From assembly GCA_010093705.1 (NCBI GenBank), contig MU006090.1, positions 1,701,817 to 1,765,816 on the forward strand: 64,000 nt of DNA. Reading direction: 5' to 3'. This DNA comes from Patellaria atrata CBS 101060 (lineage: Eukaryota). This document shows, one piece after another, positions 50,670 through 61,988 of the stretch. The position numbers and the translations under genes are program-made. Numbering within the stretch: the stretch's first letter is position 1; every line of letters begins with the position of its first letter. Below the pieces are notes generated by a model. That model saw only the letters and a list, made by a program, of their open reading frames with translations. It did no database searches and was not told the DNA's origin.

Positions 50670-52319
50670 TCGTAGCATATATCGGAGTTTAATTTATAAT
50701 CGTTCCGCATTGGAGACGCAAAAAATCGGTTTACAATTGTTATATGGGACTTCTCCTTAAGGAATTGTTTGTAACATGTGCGTTGCGACTTTTCCGCATT
50801 CTAGAGATCTAGGGCTAACCCATACTATTGCTCATGAAGCGTAATGTTCAGAGAATTTATTGTGGTTTGCTCTTTCATTCGTGAACGATTCATTTTCATC
50901 CCAAGTCATAGTCATTCCCAGAATTCATTTCGGGTCTTGTACTCTCAGATACAAGACTTTGCAGAAGATAACCTATGCAGAGAAGAGTCTAGAGGAGCAT
51001 CATCAGTACACAGACTTAAAAGTTTGAATCTTATGACAATATTTTTATTGCTGTGTCAACATCACACTTGTTCCTCCTCCACCTTATCATTTCATCCCTC
51101 TCCTTTGTACTCTTATTCCCCTCTTCATCTGAGGTCTCCATATTTCGCGTTCTCTTCCAGAACTTCCCCTGTTTTCCGCCTATGGTGTTCTTAAAACCCT
51201 CCGATTGTGCCTCGCTTGACAAACAGGCTTGTTGATGCAGTACATTCCGGTGTTTTCACGCAAGTGGTCTTCCCGTTTGTTCTATAATTATGTGGCAGTG
51301 TACTCTCAAGTCGAGTCGTAGCATTTGGCGCATCCACGAGCTCAACCAAGTCCTTATAGCCACTGTCCATCCTTCCCCTGTTAGGACATTTATCGCCTGC
51401 TTTACGCTACCCCCTTATGCTATCTCTAACTTCTGCATACAATCCTAGACAGGATGTACAGGGAAATTTCAACTTATAGATAGTCCTTCGATATTAATCT
51501 GGATCTTGTACAATACATCCACTCCCCTACAATGCCGTTGGCTCTTCTCTACGGGGAATTCAAAAACGTACAGATGGTCATCAACGGTACAGTACGTAAT
51601 TTGACCGTATTAACTGTAGAAGACCCCCCAGTAGTGATGCAAGAAGCGTAGAGAGACTGAGAAATGAAAACATAACAGGGAAGGGATTGTACATCGAGAG
51701 TGCACCGATCGTTGCTGGATCAGTGTTTCCCTTATCGCTCTTGGACCGTGGCGACGAGGAGATAGGTTAAAGAACAAACTGAGAACTGTCACACAGATTC
51801 TCCCTGGGTGATGGACCTTCGAACAGATGGGATGAATTTACGTGCTTTACCAGGGGAATACGTATGGGAAACATATTTCCTTTACTTGACCCGCTTTTAT
51901 CCTAGGACAAACAAGGAGAACTCCCCATTTCAAGTGAAGTTCCTGCCTTATTGTGGACTCTCCTGTACCAATATTTAGGGTAAGGGATATTAAAGCAAAA
52001 CATATCAAGTTTGTCTCGGCATATCGGCTTTGTGTCCTGTGTAAGGTGCCTAAATCTTCCCATACTCATTTAAGAGGGTCGTTTGCCCTAATTGCGCGAC
52101 AGTTTTGCACGAAGTGCTCCTACCACATCGGACAACGGCGACTGCTGAATACCGTAATCACATCCCATGACCGCACTGGTAGCTTTCAAAGCCTTTTCAT
52201 CCTACCTAAGCTTCCTCTCATTTCTCATCTTCAATAGACTGCACCAGATCTTCGTATCTTGACTCGTATTCAACCTTCCAGTTTTTACTTACAAATAACG
52301 TGATTGAGAATCTCAACTT

Positions 52320-53087
52320 ATGTCACATTTACGACAGATACCACCTCTACCAGATAACAGGGTAGGAATTCTTCGGAAGTCTACACGGCCGAGTGCTGAT
52401 CATGTTTATACTAGTTCAACCCTAACCAGACCTGTCCGCACGCATATGTAAGTCCATTAACTGGTCGAAAGGTCAGTTACTTACTACTCACCATCTAAGG
52501 GTCTGGCAAGAGCCCTGGCAAACAACACTATAGGATCCAATCCCACCAATCCCACCGTACCCCCCGCGGCTTTGCTGCCTTCACCTTATCCCCCTGGAGA
52601 GCCCCAGACGTGGGTATGTTGCATCACATGCGGATTTTGGATCAATATCTCCCCCCAGGTCGTAAGTACCTCAATTCACTATCGGTAGTACCATCTCCTG
52701 ACATTTCAAGATACACTTAAGGGAGGAAATAAGAAAGTTCCAGGAGGCAATAGCCCAAACAGACCGCGAGAAGCTACGGTACTTTGAGCGTAGGTCTGAG
52801 CAGCTTTCCGGTGAGGAAGATGACCAGGGGGTCGAGACAGTACGGCTTAAGCACGAGCTTGGGGTCATGTTAGATGAGAAAGTAAGGAAGAGCCCAGTAA
52901 GTTATTGATACCCATGACAACTTTGCGCTGGCTAATGAGTCTCTAGGATCTAGAAGCGCGGTTCAGGCGCTTTCTGATGCATTTTCAAAAATGCGCGGAT
53001 CCAATATGTGTGCTCTGTCTTGATGGTGTTAAAGAGATCCTTATTCCTGGTGATCTTCCGGAGCTTGCTCCTCAAGGGCCGTCTTGA
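52320..53087 (+). CDS. Orphan six-exon gene (~172 aa) with an H-x3-C-x4-C-x2-C motif; absent from the ORF track
   Basis: Exons 52320-52361, 52415-52447, 52500-52613, 52659-52661, 52711-52896, 52947-53087. Five 45-53 nt GT-AG introns give one open frame from ATG to TGA. Confidence 0.75.
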
Positions 53088-53643
53088 TCGGTACGTTTAT
53101 GTATCGCGGCTCTTCCTCAAACCAGGTGTCTCTTTCCTACCGTAAGCTCCTCCTTTCATACTGTCTCGAACTCTATAATACAGGAGAGAGAAGAAAGTAG
53201 GAGGCGCTCGAATATCATAAAGATAAGCAAACTACTAATATGGATATGCTTATTATATCCCTACCCATCAATGTGTCTGTGACTCCATTGTACAGGTACT
53301 TCGTAAAACATACTGCGGCCTCCCAACTGCACGATTGGAGGCTACAGATGGCTGAGGGTGGTTAATACCGCGGGTAGCGGTTTCCTAGTTGTTTGTTCAG
53401 GAAGTGAATAGAGCTTCAGCAATGGGAACTTTGACAGGAGGGATGGTAAGGCGTCAGGTCATTAACATTTGAAATTTTTCTATCTAATGCATCTAAACTC
53501 AAGCTCAGATACAAAACTAAGGTTACACAGCTCCCATCTATACTCCTAACCCAAAAAGATATTTGAAAACAAAAATCCTTCGTATTTGCCCCCTTTCCCT
53601 ACCCCTTTTTCTTTACTTCTACTACCTTCCCCGTCATCCCCCT

Positions 53644-54663
53644 TCACTCCTCATAAAACACCAAACACCTAACCTCAATACTCTGCCTCCCCGGCGCGTC
53701 CTTCGGCGTCTGCGGATCCATGAAAGCCGTATGCGGCGTCCTAACCGCCACGCCCTCCCTACCCCCCGGCAACCCCTCCCCCCACGAATCAAAACACTTC
53801 AACAACATAACCTCATCGGGTCTCATATCCTTAACATAGCAAAACCGATGGGCATCGTTCGCCGCCACCGCCAACGTCTCCCCCTTAACCTCATACCCGG
53901 CCGTCGACGTCACGCTCTCCGGATCCGGCAGGATTTCCTTCCCGCGGTCGTCGTCGTCGTGCACGCTATCCGCCCGCGTCGGGTACAGCAGATCGACGGG
54001 GACGAAGTCCGACGGCGAGGTACTGCGCCAGTCTACCACGGCCAGGGGGAAGTCGCTGGCGGCGTGCGCAATCGGCCGCCACACGTTCACGATCTGGAAC
54101 CGGCGGCCGGACCGGAGCACTTCCTCTGCTTCTTGCGGGGGAAGATGCCGGCGCACGCGCGCCGCAGCCGCGCTGGGGGATTGGTCCACGTGGACTTGCT
54201 GCACGGGCTGGCGCGGGGCGTCCTTGTTGCGGCGGCGGATCGTGTGGTCGAAGATAACGACTTTGGAGATGCCGGGGTGGGAGTCCCGGAGCAGGTTTTC
54301 GATTTCGGTGTAGTAGGGTCCGCGGACGTGGGTGTCGGAGGTGAAGGAGGAGGGGTCGCTGGCGGAGGGGGAGGAGAGGAGTTGGAATCCGGCGTTTGTG
54401 GTCGTGTAGAGGTGCGGTGTGGGTCGGATGTTGGTTACGGGGCGGGTGTGCGCAGTTTGGAGGAAGGAGGTCCCGGGGCCGTCGACTTTGGACCAGGGTT
54501 TGCCGGTGTAGGATGTCGTGTCGATGTGGTGGAATGTTGCGGTTGTCATTTTGGGGGTGGTTGTGGAAAAGGGGCGGGGATGGGTATGTGTATGGCGGTG
54601 GGGATGGGGTTTTAGGGCTTTGAAGATGTTGTAGGTTACTGATCTTTTCGGTTGGACACTCAT
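53644..54663 (-). CDS. CmcJ/AsaB/GA4-desaturase-like putative Fe(II)/2-oxoglutarate oxygenase, intronless
   Basis: Family motifs FDHTIRR, VHVDQS (HxD), NVWRPI, PLAVVD, TPHTAF (distal His), RQSIEVR. Confidence 0.85.
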   Translation of the reverse strand: MSVQPKRSVTYNIFKALKPHPHRHTHTHPRPFSTTTPKMTTATFHHIDTTSYTGKPWSKVDGPGTSFLQTAHTRPVTNIRPTPHLYTTTNAGFQLLSSPSASDPSSFTSDTHVRGPYYTEIENLLRDSHPGISKVVIFDHTIRRRNKDAPRQPVQQVHVDQSPSAAAARVRRHLPPQEAEEVLRSGRRFQIVNVWRPIAHAASDFPLAVVDWRSTSPSDFVPVDLLYPTRADSVHDDDDRGKEILPDPESVTSTAGYEVKGETLAVAANDAHRFCYVKDMRPDEVMLLKCFDSWGEGLPGGREGVAVRTPHTAFMDPQTPKDAPGRQSIEVRCLVFYEE

Positions 54664-54864
54664 GGATTATTTCTTTATCGGGGTTGTGTATTTGAATGAG
54701 ATTTATGTACAATGGCTTTATATACAACGGTGTTTTGTTCAATGGCTTTGAAATACGGAAATGTTATAAATCTGAACGTTTATAATAAATCCGAGATGAC
54801 GCCATGGTTAGGTATTCCGCTCTGGATGTGATTCGGTCGAGACTCGGATCTGTAGATCTCGCGC

Positions 54865-55037
54865 CCCTTCGTCTGTATAGTGGTTAATACTCCTCGATGG
54901 TTGGCGTGCGATTCGAGCACGACTTCGATTTGGGCATTGAGCTCATCTCTTCTAATCACTCAAATTTCGTGGAGGTGTTGAATCTTGGGGTGAATCTTGG
55001 GGTGAATCTTGGAGTGACTCGATTCCTGAGAAGGGAG
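54865..55037 (+). pseudogene. tRNA-like relic (degenerate)
   Basis: CCCTTC (54865) pairs with GAAGGG (55030); D-arm/A-box-like GTAT-AGTGGTTA-ATAC at 54875-54890; B-box-like TCGATTCC at 55019-55026. The anticodon arm is not recoverable. Confidence 0.3.
54979..55017. repeat. 12-bp tandem repeat x3 (TGAATCTTGGGG)
   Basis: Copies start at 54979, 54991 and 55003. Confidence 0.9.
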
Positions 55038-55869
55038 AGGTACTGCAGTTTGACAGTTCAGGACGTTGTCAGTTCGAGGGCCAGTTAAACATCAACCCTA
55101 CTCTTTACAGTAGTCAATGGACTACAGCGATGATTATAGGTACATCCTAATAATGATAGCAGCTGTGGAGAGGATGATGTCCTTAGTATGTACGGAGAAA
55201 GGGGAGTAAGGTATGGCATTGAGGTCTAGATATACTTTTGGATATAGAACTAAACATGTCCAAACATGCCAAGCAAAACTTCTCATTCAATTTTTTCCAT
55301 CCTCAAAGGGGCAAATTTCGTTAATTGATCCCCCTTCCTTGTACAGCAGAGCCAAAACGATGCTCTGTAATTATCCATTTCAGGAAAGCTGGATTAGTTG
55401 TATACGAGAAGGAAAACAATACGGAAATATCTCCCATCTGGTCTATAGCCGTCCTCGGCTTATCGGCATGAAAAGTTCCTCCAACGACACCAGAACCAGA
55501 TTGCTTTAGGGCACGGCAATCTTTCGGTTCTGGCTGCATCTTCTTTTACTCAGAAGCATATTACTGGCCCTCAATGAACTAGCGAAGCACGCGAAAAGAT
55601 TCAAATCGTTTGGCCCCTCATCTATTATGTACTTATTCCCGGGGCTGAATACGATGAGTATGAAGCTATCAGGAGCATCTTTCCAAAAATACTAGACCCG
55701 CCACATACCTAGGTAGGTTCAATGAATATCAGTCATAAGTATTCAGTACATTACTCTCTGGTTTCCTCTTTCCGCGTAAAGATACTTCTTGCCCTATTTT
55801 CTCCCTCGGACGTCTCCTTAGATTTTGACCGGTGAGGTCATACTGTGGAAATATCAACCGGTACCTTAT

Positions 55870-57621
55870 ATGACGGCACCAAAACATGAGGATGGTTCAC
55901 CTTTGGGCTTGGCATCCTCGAACAGTAGTGGAGTGGACGTAGAAAATGCAGATACAGAACCTCAATTTGAAGTACAACCAAATGGTGACTATGGATGGGT
56001 CTGCGTTGCTTGTTGTGCCACTATAAATGCACATACCTGGGGCCTCAATAGTGTATGGAAAGCACATATACTCCTTTAAATCACGACAGATCTAATTCTC
56101 ATCGATCCTAGTCCTACGGTGTCTTTTTAGCACACTATCTAAGCACAAATGTCTTCCCTGAAGCTACTCGTCTACATTTTGCCTTTGTGGGCGGACTCTC
56201 CATTTCTCAAGCCTTGCTGGTGTCTCCCATTGCTACAACCACCACACGGTTATTCGGTACCCGGATCACACTGCTCATTGGTGTCTTTTTCCAGACTATA
56301 TCACTCATCGGAGCATCCTTTACGCAGGAAATATGGCAACTCTTTCTTACCCAGGGTGTTTGTACGTTGAGGTCCTTTCCGGGTTCTGCTCTCCGTTAAT
56401 CTTCATCAGGTTTTGGATGGGGGATGGGCTTTCTATTTGTAGGCTCTGTCGGAATTGTACCGCAGTGGTTTACAACTAGGCGCAGTACGTCATTCGTCGT
56501 ATGCTAATTCTGTCTGAAACTAATGATAAAAGGTCTGGCGAATGGTATAGCTACAGCAGGCTCTGGTATAGGAGGCCTCATCTACTCGTTGGCTACCAAT
56601 GCAATGATACGATCTATTGGCCTCGCCTGGGCTTTTAGAGTACTTGGAATTGTATCATGTCTTGTCAATTTCGTCTGCTCCGTCTTTATGAAGGATAGAA
56701 ACAAGCAACTTGGTTCATCACAACTAGCCCTCGACCACTCCCTTCTGCGAAAGCCGGAATACTACTTGTTGTTAGGCTTTGGCTTTTTCAGCATGCTTGG
56801 CTACATTGTCCTTCTCTTCTCATTGCCTAACTATGCGGAAAGCGTCGGCCTTACGGCCAAGCAAGGTTCAGTTGTGGTAAGTCTCATCAAGCATATTCCA
56901 TGTTCTAGTAACTCTTCTAACCAGACCATCTTGAAATAGGGGGCTGTATTGAATCTTGGTCAAGCAATGGGGAGACCTCCTATAGGCTATTTCAGTGACT
57001 CTATTGGCAGGATCAATATGGCTGCTTGCATGACTTTCTTGGCGGGATTGCTCTCGGTAGTCTTCTGGATCTTTGCGAAAAGCTATGGTGCGATCGTAGT
57101 CTTTAGTCTCCTCGTGGGTACAGTTGCTGGGACCTTTTGGGCGGTAGGCTTCCCCTGATGATATATAAATGATCATAGTTTCAAACTAACGATGTAATAG
57201 ACCATTGCGCCTGTAACAGCGGAAGTGGTGCATTTACGAGGTATTCCAGCTGCACTTTCGATTCTTTGGGTGTGGCTCGTCATTCCAACAACATGTAAGT
57301 ACAGCATTATCGAGAGACAATCCTTAATTCTGACATCGTACAGTCTCTGAGGCGATTGCTCTGGAAATCACAGCCAGCCAAAACGGTGAATACCTAGGAG
57401 CACAGTTGTTCACAGCATTCTCGTACTTCGTAGCTGCTCTTTGCGTATGGCTTTTGAGAGCATGGAAGTTAGGTGAAGTCGAAAGGATAGCCATGGTTAC
57501 GGGAGAGAAACCAGAAGAGGTAAATGCGACGACTAGCCCGACCCTCGATGAACTGGGAGCTAGGACGACGAAAGCTCAAACTGCTTTCGTAAAGAGGATG
57601 CTATGTTGGAAGAAGATATAG
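55870..57621 (+). CDS. MFS transporter, monocarboxylate-porter (Mch-like) family
   Basis: PNGDYGWVCV, WGLNS|SYGVF, PQWFTTRR|SLANGIATAGSGIGG, GRPPIGYFSDSIGR. Seven exons (introns 56053-56111, 56361-56409, 56485-56532, 56877-56939, 57144-57200, 57295-57343). Confidence 0.9.
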
Positions 57622-57954
57622 AGGTAGGACGAAAGATTAACCGTCTCTACAATGTAGATTTTGTATACTACCTCCGAAGCATATCCAGATATTTTTTATT
57701 TGTCCACGTACAAAATCCTATGCATTCCCCTTAAGGTCAGTTCCAGACCTTATCCCATCTTTTGATGTCCAAGTGGAGTTAGGTGGGTTATGAGCTAAAT
57801 GAATTTGCTCTATTTTTGCTATATCTGAGGTAGTCACGCTAATATTGCTGACCAACCATTGACTTCTAACAGGAAAGATTTCCGATCGTGCACAAGAGCA
57901 ATATTCAGATGGCACTAGTCCTATCTTAATCCAAAGTTCAGGATGATTGACCAA

Positions 57955-58202
57955 TGACGTCACAGCAGAAGTACGCCCTATGGTCAGATCAAGTTTATCC
58001 TTTACCCTTTCCAGCCCTCTTATATCGTTTTGTCATCATGAGAATTAGTAATGAAGTTAGTGAGTCACGCTAAGACTCACATTATATCTTCGCAACTATC
58101 ATTGCTCGTTTAGCTTCAAGCAAAACGTCGAACTATGACACCCTCATGCGTTTCCATTTCTAAGCAGTTCTACACACGGGTTCCAAGATAGGGGAGTATA
58201 AA
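57955..58202 (+). promoter_or_regulatory. Cluster of bZIP/stress elements plus TATA box upstream of the epoxide hydrolase
   Basis: TGACGTCA 57955-57962, TTAGTAA 58045-58051, TGAGTCA 58061-58067, AGGGG 58190-58194, TATAAA 58197-58202. Confidence 0.5.
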
Positions 58203-58293
58203 GGATTGCCAGTAGAAGGGCTTGGGAGAGGAGAAAGGAACTTACAATCCACTTACTAGCTTCAAGAATATTGTTTAATTATAGAATCTCACA

Positions 58294-59638
58294 ATGGCTC
58301 CATCGCCCTACATAATTGGTCTCCCTGAGGAGAAATTATCACATCTGAAGGACAAACTGTCACAGGCAAGCTTTCCTGACGAACTTCCCGCCGCAGACGA
58401 TGAATGGAAGCGAGGTGCACCATTAGCGGACGTTAAGAGACTTGCAATTTACTGGAGGGATGGGTTCGATTGGAGGAACGCGGAAGCGGAGTTGAATAGA
58501 TTTCCTAATTATAAGACTGAGATATCGTCCGATGAGTTCGGAGATATTGATATCCATTTCGTACATCAGAAGAGTGACGTGAAAGGGGCAATACCATTGC
58601 TGTTTTGTCACGGATGTGAGTGGCCCGCGTGTTTTGTAGTTATGCATGACTAACTTCAAGGATAGGGCCCGGATCATTCATAGAAGTTACCAAATTACTG
58701 CCTTTGCTGAGAGGTGGAGGTGAATTCCCTGCTTTCCATGTTGTTGCGCCTTCTTTGCCTAACTTCGGCTTTTCTGGTGTTATCAAGAAGGAAGGCTTTG
58801 GTCTGGAGGATTATGCAGAGGTTTGCCACAAGCTTATGATGAGCTTGGGGTACAAAGAATACGGTAAGAGGTTCTATCCAGGGAGATCAAAGACAGAGAC
58901 TGATTCTACATGATCACAGTGACTCAGGGCGGTGATTGGGGTTTTTACGTCACCCGTATGATGGGGAAAATGTACCCCGAGCATTGTAAAGCCAGTCATG
59001 TAAACATGATCCGCGCCCATGCTCCCCAGTGGTCCAAGAATCCCATCTTAGCTCTGCAACATGTACTTACCCCTTACTCTGACCGAGACAAGAACGGCCG
59101 TGAACGTAGCGAATGGTTCCAGTTCGAAGGATATGGCTATAATCTCCTTCAAACTACCAGACCGCAGACACTGGGATACGCGTTGGCTGATAGCCCCATT
59201 GCTCTCCTTGCCTGGATATACGAGAAGCTCCACGATTGGACCGATGGGTACCCATGGACAGATAATGAGATCCTCACGTGGGTGTCTATATACTGGTTTT
59301 CCAATGCAGGGCCATGGGCAAGTGTTCGGATCTACTACGAGGTTATGCATACAAAAGGGAAGCACTTCAAGTCTGGGGATAAGGAAGTCAGGGATTACAT
59401 GCAGGAGTGGATTCCGAAGGTCAAACTCGGCCTGGCGCACTTTCCTCGCGAGCTTAGTGTTGTGCCAAAAACATGGGGCAGGACACTGGGCCCAGTTGTA
59501 TATGAGAGCATAAATGAGAGAGGCGGCCATTTTGCTGCCTGGGAAGCACCGGATGCCATAGGTGGAGACCTGAGGAGGATGTTCGGAAGGGAAGGCCCAT
59601 GTTTTGATATTGTGACGGGAAAGTCAGGTTTCGAATGA
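58294..59638 (+). CDS. Microsomal-type epoxide hydrolase (EHN domain plus alpha/beta hydrolase)
   Basis: [28 protein letters not shown] nucleophile, [21 protein letters not shown]. Introns 58616-58665 and 58864-58919. Confidence 0.95.
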
Positions 59639-60389
59639 TGATTTGATCAAGAGGACTTTGAGATGCAGCACTTGAGCAGACGTTCAGATGTTGAGATAAA
59701 GTAATAAGTAGTAATAACATTTTATGTCAAAATGTCAAAGAACAACGGAGGTGATGCCAGAGTCAAAACCACCCCAATCAGCAATCCAACATCTGGAACT
59801 TCGCCAAGATCCTTGAACACGCACGGCGGATCATCGGCAGACCGAAATCAAAGGGCGGGATGAGAGCGAGAGACAACATCCCACCAAATCTGTTAACGCT
59901 CTACTATGATCCCACCAGAATAACGATAAAACTGCCACTGACGACCACGTGCAGAACGTTTCATTATAGAGGCTCCGTACCGATACCTGACGTCTCAATC
60001 CTTGGAACTCCGCCAGCTACATCTACTTACCATCGAACCAACAGTATGCCCGGACCGGTGCATACGATATCTTGATCTGATCCGATAACTAGGCTGTAAT
60101 ATGGAGAAAGGTTAAAGAGACTTTCAAACTGTAGGATTAGAAAAGTTATTACGGCTGCTGTTGATACCTGCTCTGCACCTGCCTGCCTTGAGCTCTGCCA
60201 TTACTATCTTCATACACCGTACAACTAATTACAACCACAACACCTGCCTTTCCAAGGACCAGTTGGACGTACACGCAAAGTCTCTAGTTATAGTTTACCT
60301 ATTATCGGGACGTCGGATATCCCCTCCTCCACAATCACGACGTCCCCGTCCTGTCTACAACCATCCATACTCTACGCCAATATCCCGCG

Positions 60390-61493
60390 ATGTCGACATC
60401 CTCACAAGTTGCAGAATCGTGGATCGCCTCCTTCTGCGGCCTACTCGGCCATGAATACTTTGCAGAGGTATCAGAAGACTTTATAGAAGATGACTTCAAC
60501 CTCACCGGTCTCCAGTCACAAGTACCTATGTACAAGGAAGCACTAGAGATGATATTGGACGTAGAACCTGAGGATGAGGATGAAGATGCAGACGAAGATG
60601 ATGAGGACGACGATGACGACGACCTTCTAGGCGACGAAAACAACGACAGCAAAAGCGGGTTTCAAAGAAATAACCGCAGACACCTGCGCATGGCGAGCGA
60701 CCTTAGCGTCATCGAAAGCTCTGCGGAGCTCCTCTACGGCTTGATACACCAGCGCTACATCACCTCACGCCCCGGAATCCAACAGATGCTTGAGAAATAC
60801 GAATTAGGACACTTCGGCTCCTGCCCTCGCGTTTACTGCTCCAGCGCCAAGGTCCTCCCCGTCGGATGCTCAGACACCCCAGGCCAAGAAACCGTCAAGC
60901 TATTCTGCCCGCGCTGCCTAGACGTCTACACGCCACCAAACAGCCGCTTTCAAACCGTTGATGGCGCCTTCTTCGGCACAACGTTCGGCTGCCTCTTCTT
61001 CATGACCTTCCCCGAACTCGACATCACCCTCCCCAAGGCGGACCGCGAAAACCTCATTATGACCGGCACTGGCTCCTCCATATCCGTCGACACGCGCCTT
61101 TCCTCCTCTTCCACCACCGCGTCCGGGGCTGCCGCGTCCTCGAGACCACAGGTCGCGACCATTAACGGCGTCAGCCCGGCCAGTCTGGCTCCCGGCTTGG
61201 GACAAGGGAATATCTACGAACCCCGCATCTACGGTTTCCGCGTCTCGGAAAGAGCGAGGTCCGGCCCGCGGATGCAGTGGCTGCGCTCTAAACCTGTGGA
61301 TGTCACCGAGCTGGATGAATCTCGTATCTATCAGGAGGAGAGGGAGGAGATGGCGGCTGAGGACCAGGCGATGCTGGATGCGGATAGCAGTCAGCAGGCG
61401 AGGAGGAGGGAGGGGGGACGAAGACGGAGACCGCAGGTTAATGGGAATAAGAATGGGGATGGGAGTCCGATGGATGCTGAGGGTGGCGGGTAG
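60390..61493 (+). CDS. CKB1: Casein kinase II regulatory beta subunit, intronless
   Basis: [18 protein letters not shown], acidic loop, [20 protein letters not shown] zinc finger, DGAFFGT, PRIYGF. Confidence 0.96.
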   Translation: MSTSSQVAESWIASFCGLLGHEYFAEVSEDFIEDDFNLTGLQSQVPMYKEALEMILDVEPEDEDEDADEDDEDDDDDDLLGDENNDSKSGFQRNNRRHLRMASDLSVIESSAELLYGLIHQRYITSRPGIQQMLEKYELGHFGSCPRVYCSSAKVLPVGCSDTPGQETVKLFCPRCLDVYTPPNSRFQTVDGAFFGTTFGCLFFMTFPELDITLPKADRENLIMTGTGSSISVDTRLSSSSTTASGAAASSRPQVATINGVSPASLAPGLGQGNIYEPRIYGFRVSERARSGPRMQWLRSKPVDVTELDESRIYQEEREEMAAEDQAMLDADSSQQARRREGGRRRRPQVNGNKNGDGSPMDAEGGG

Positions 61494-61988
61494 TGAAGAA
61501 ATGTTGCGAAATCGTAGGGATGGAATGCGCTATCAGGTCTTTTAAAAGACTACTCGAGGAACGGGGGAGAAGGTATTGTTTACGATTGGATGATGGGGAT
61601 GTTGCTACGTACTATTCCACGAGCATTCCATACGGACGAATGGGGCCATGGCTGTTATAAAGGAAGAAGTGAGATATTTGCTAAGGGGTCGGATATGTGG
61701 GTTTAAGGTGGTTGCATCATGGCGTTCCGAGCGCGAAGTGTCACTTAGGTCTTATGATAAGCTTTCAATATGACGAGAGCTCCGCCCGGGCCTCCCGTAT
61801 GGAAATTTTTCTATTTTAATTCTTTTTGAGACCCGTATTTTCTGACCCGGATGATGGAAACGGTAGTGTACTGTACAAACCCCTTCTCTCACGCTCGCTG
61901 CTTACATGACTGAGAATAAGGGACGGGGAGGACTATCCCTACGCCTACGCCTAACCCTTTCACCTCCCCTACAACTACAAACACCAAT

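Noticed and set aside
50700..52300. 1.6-kb gap with several short ORFs downstream of ACL2
   Set aside because: No consistent exon chain, repeat ends or RNA motif found by eye.
53563..54742. 350-aa antisense ORF and 258-aa alternative-frame ORF over the oxygenase
   Set aside because: High-GC shadow ORFs; only 53644-54663 (-) carries family motifs.
60567..60625. GAY/GAR trinucleotide-like tract
   Set aside because: Encodes the expected acidic loop of CK2 beta.
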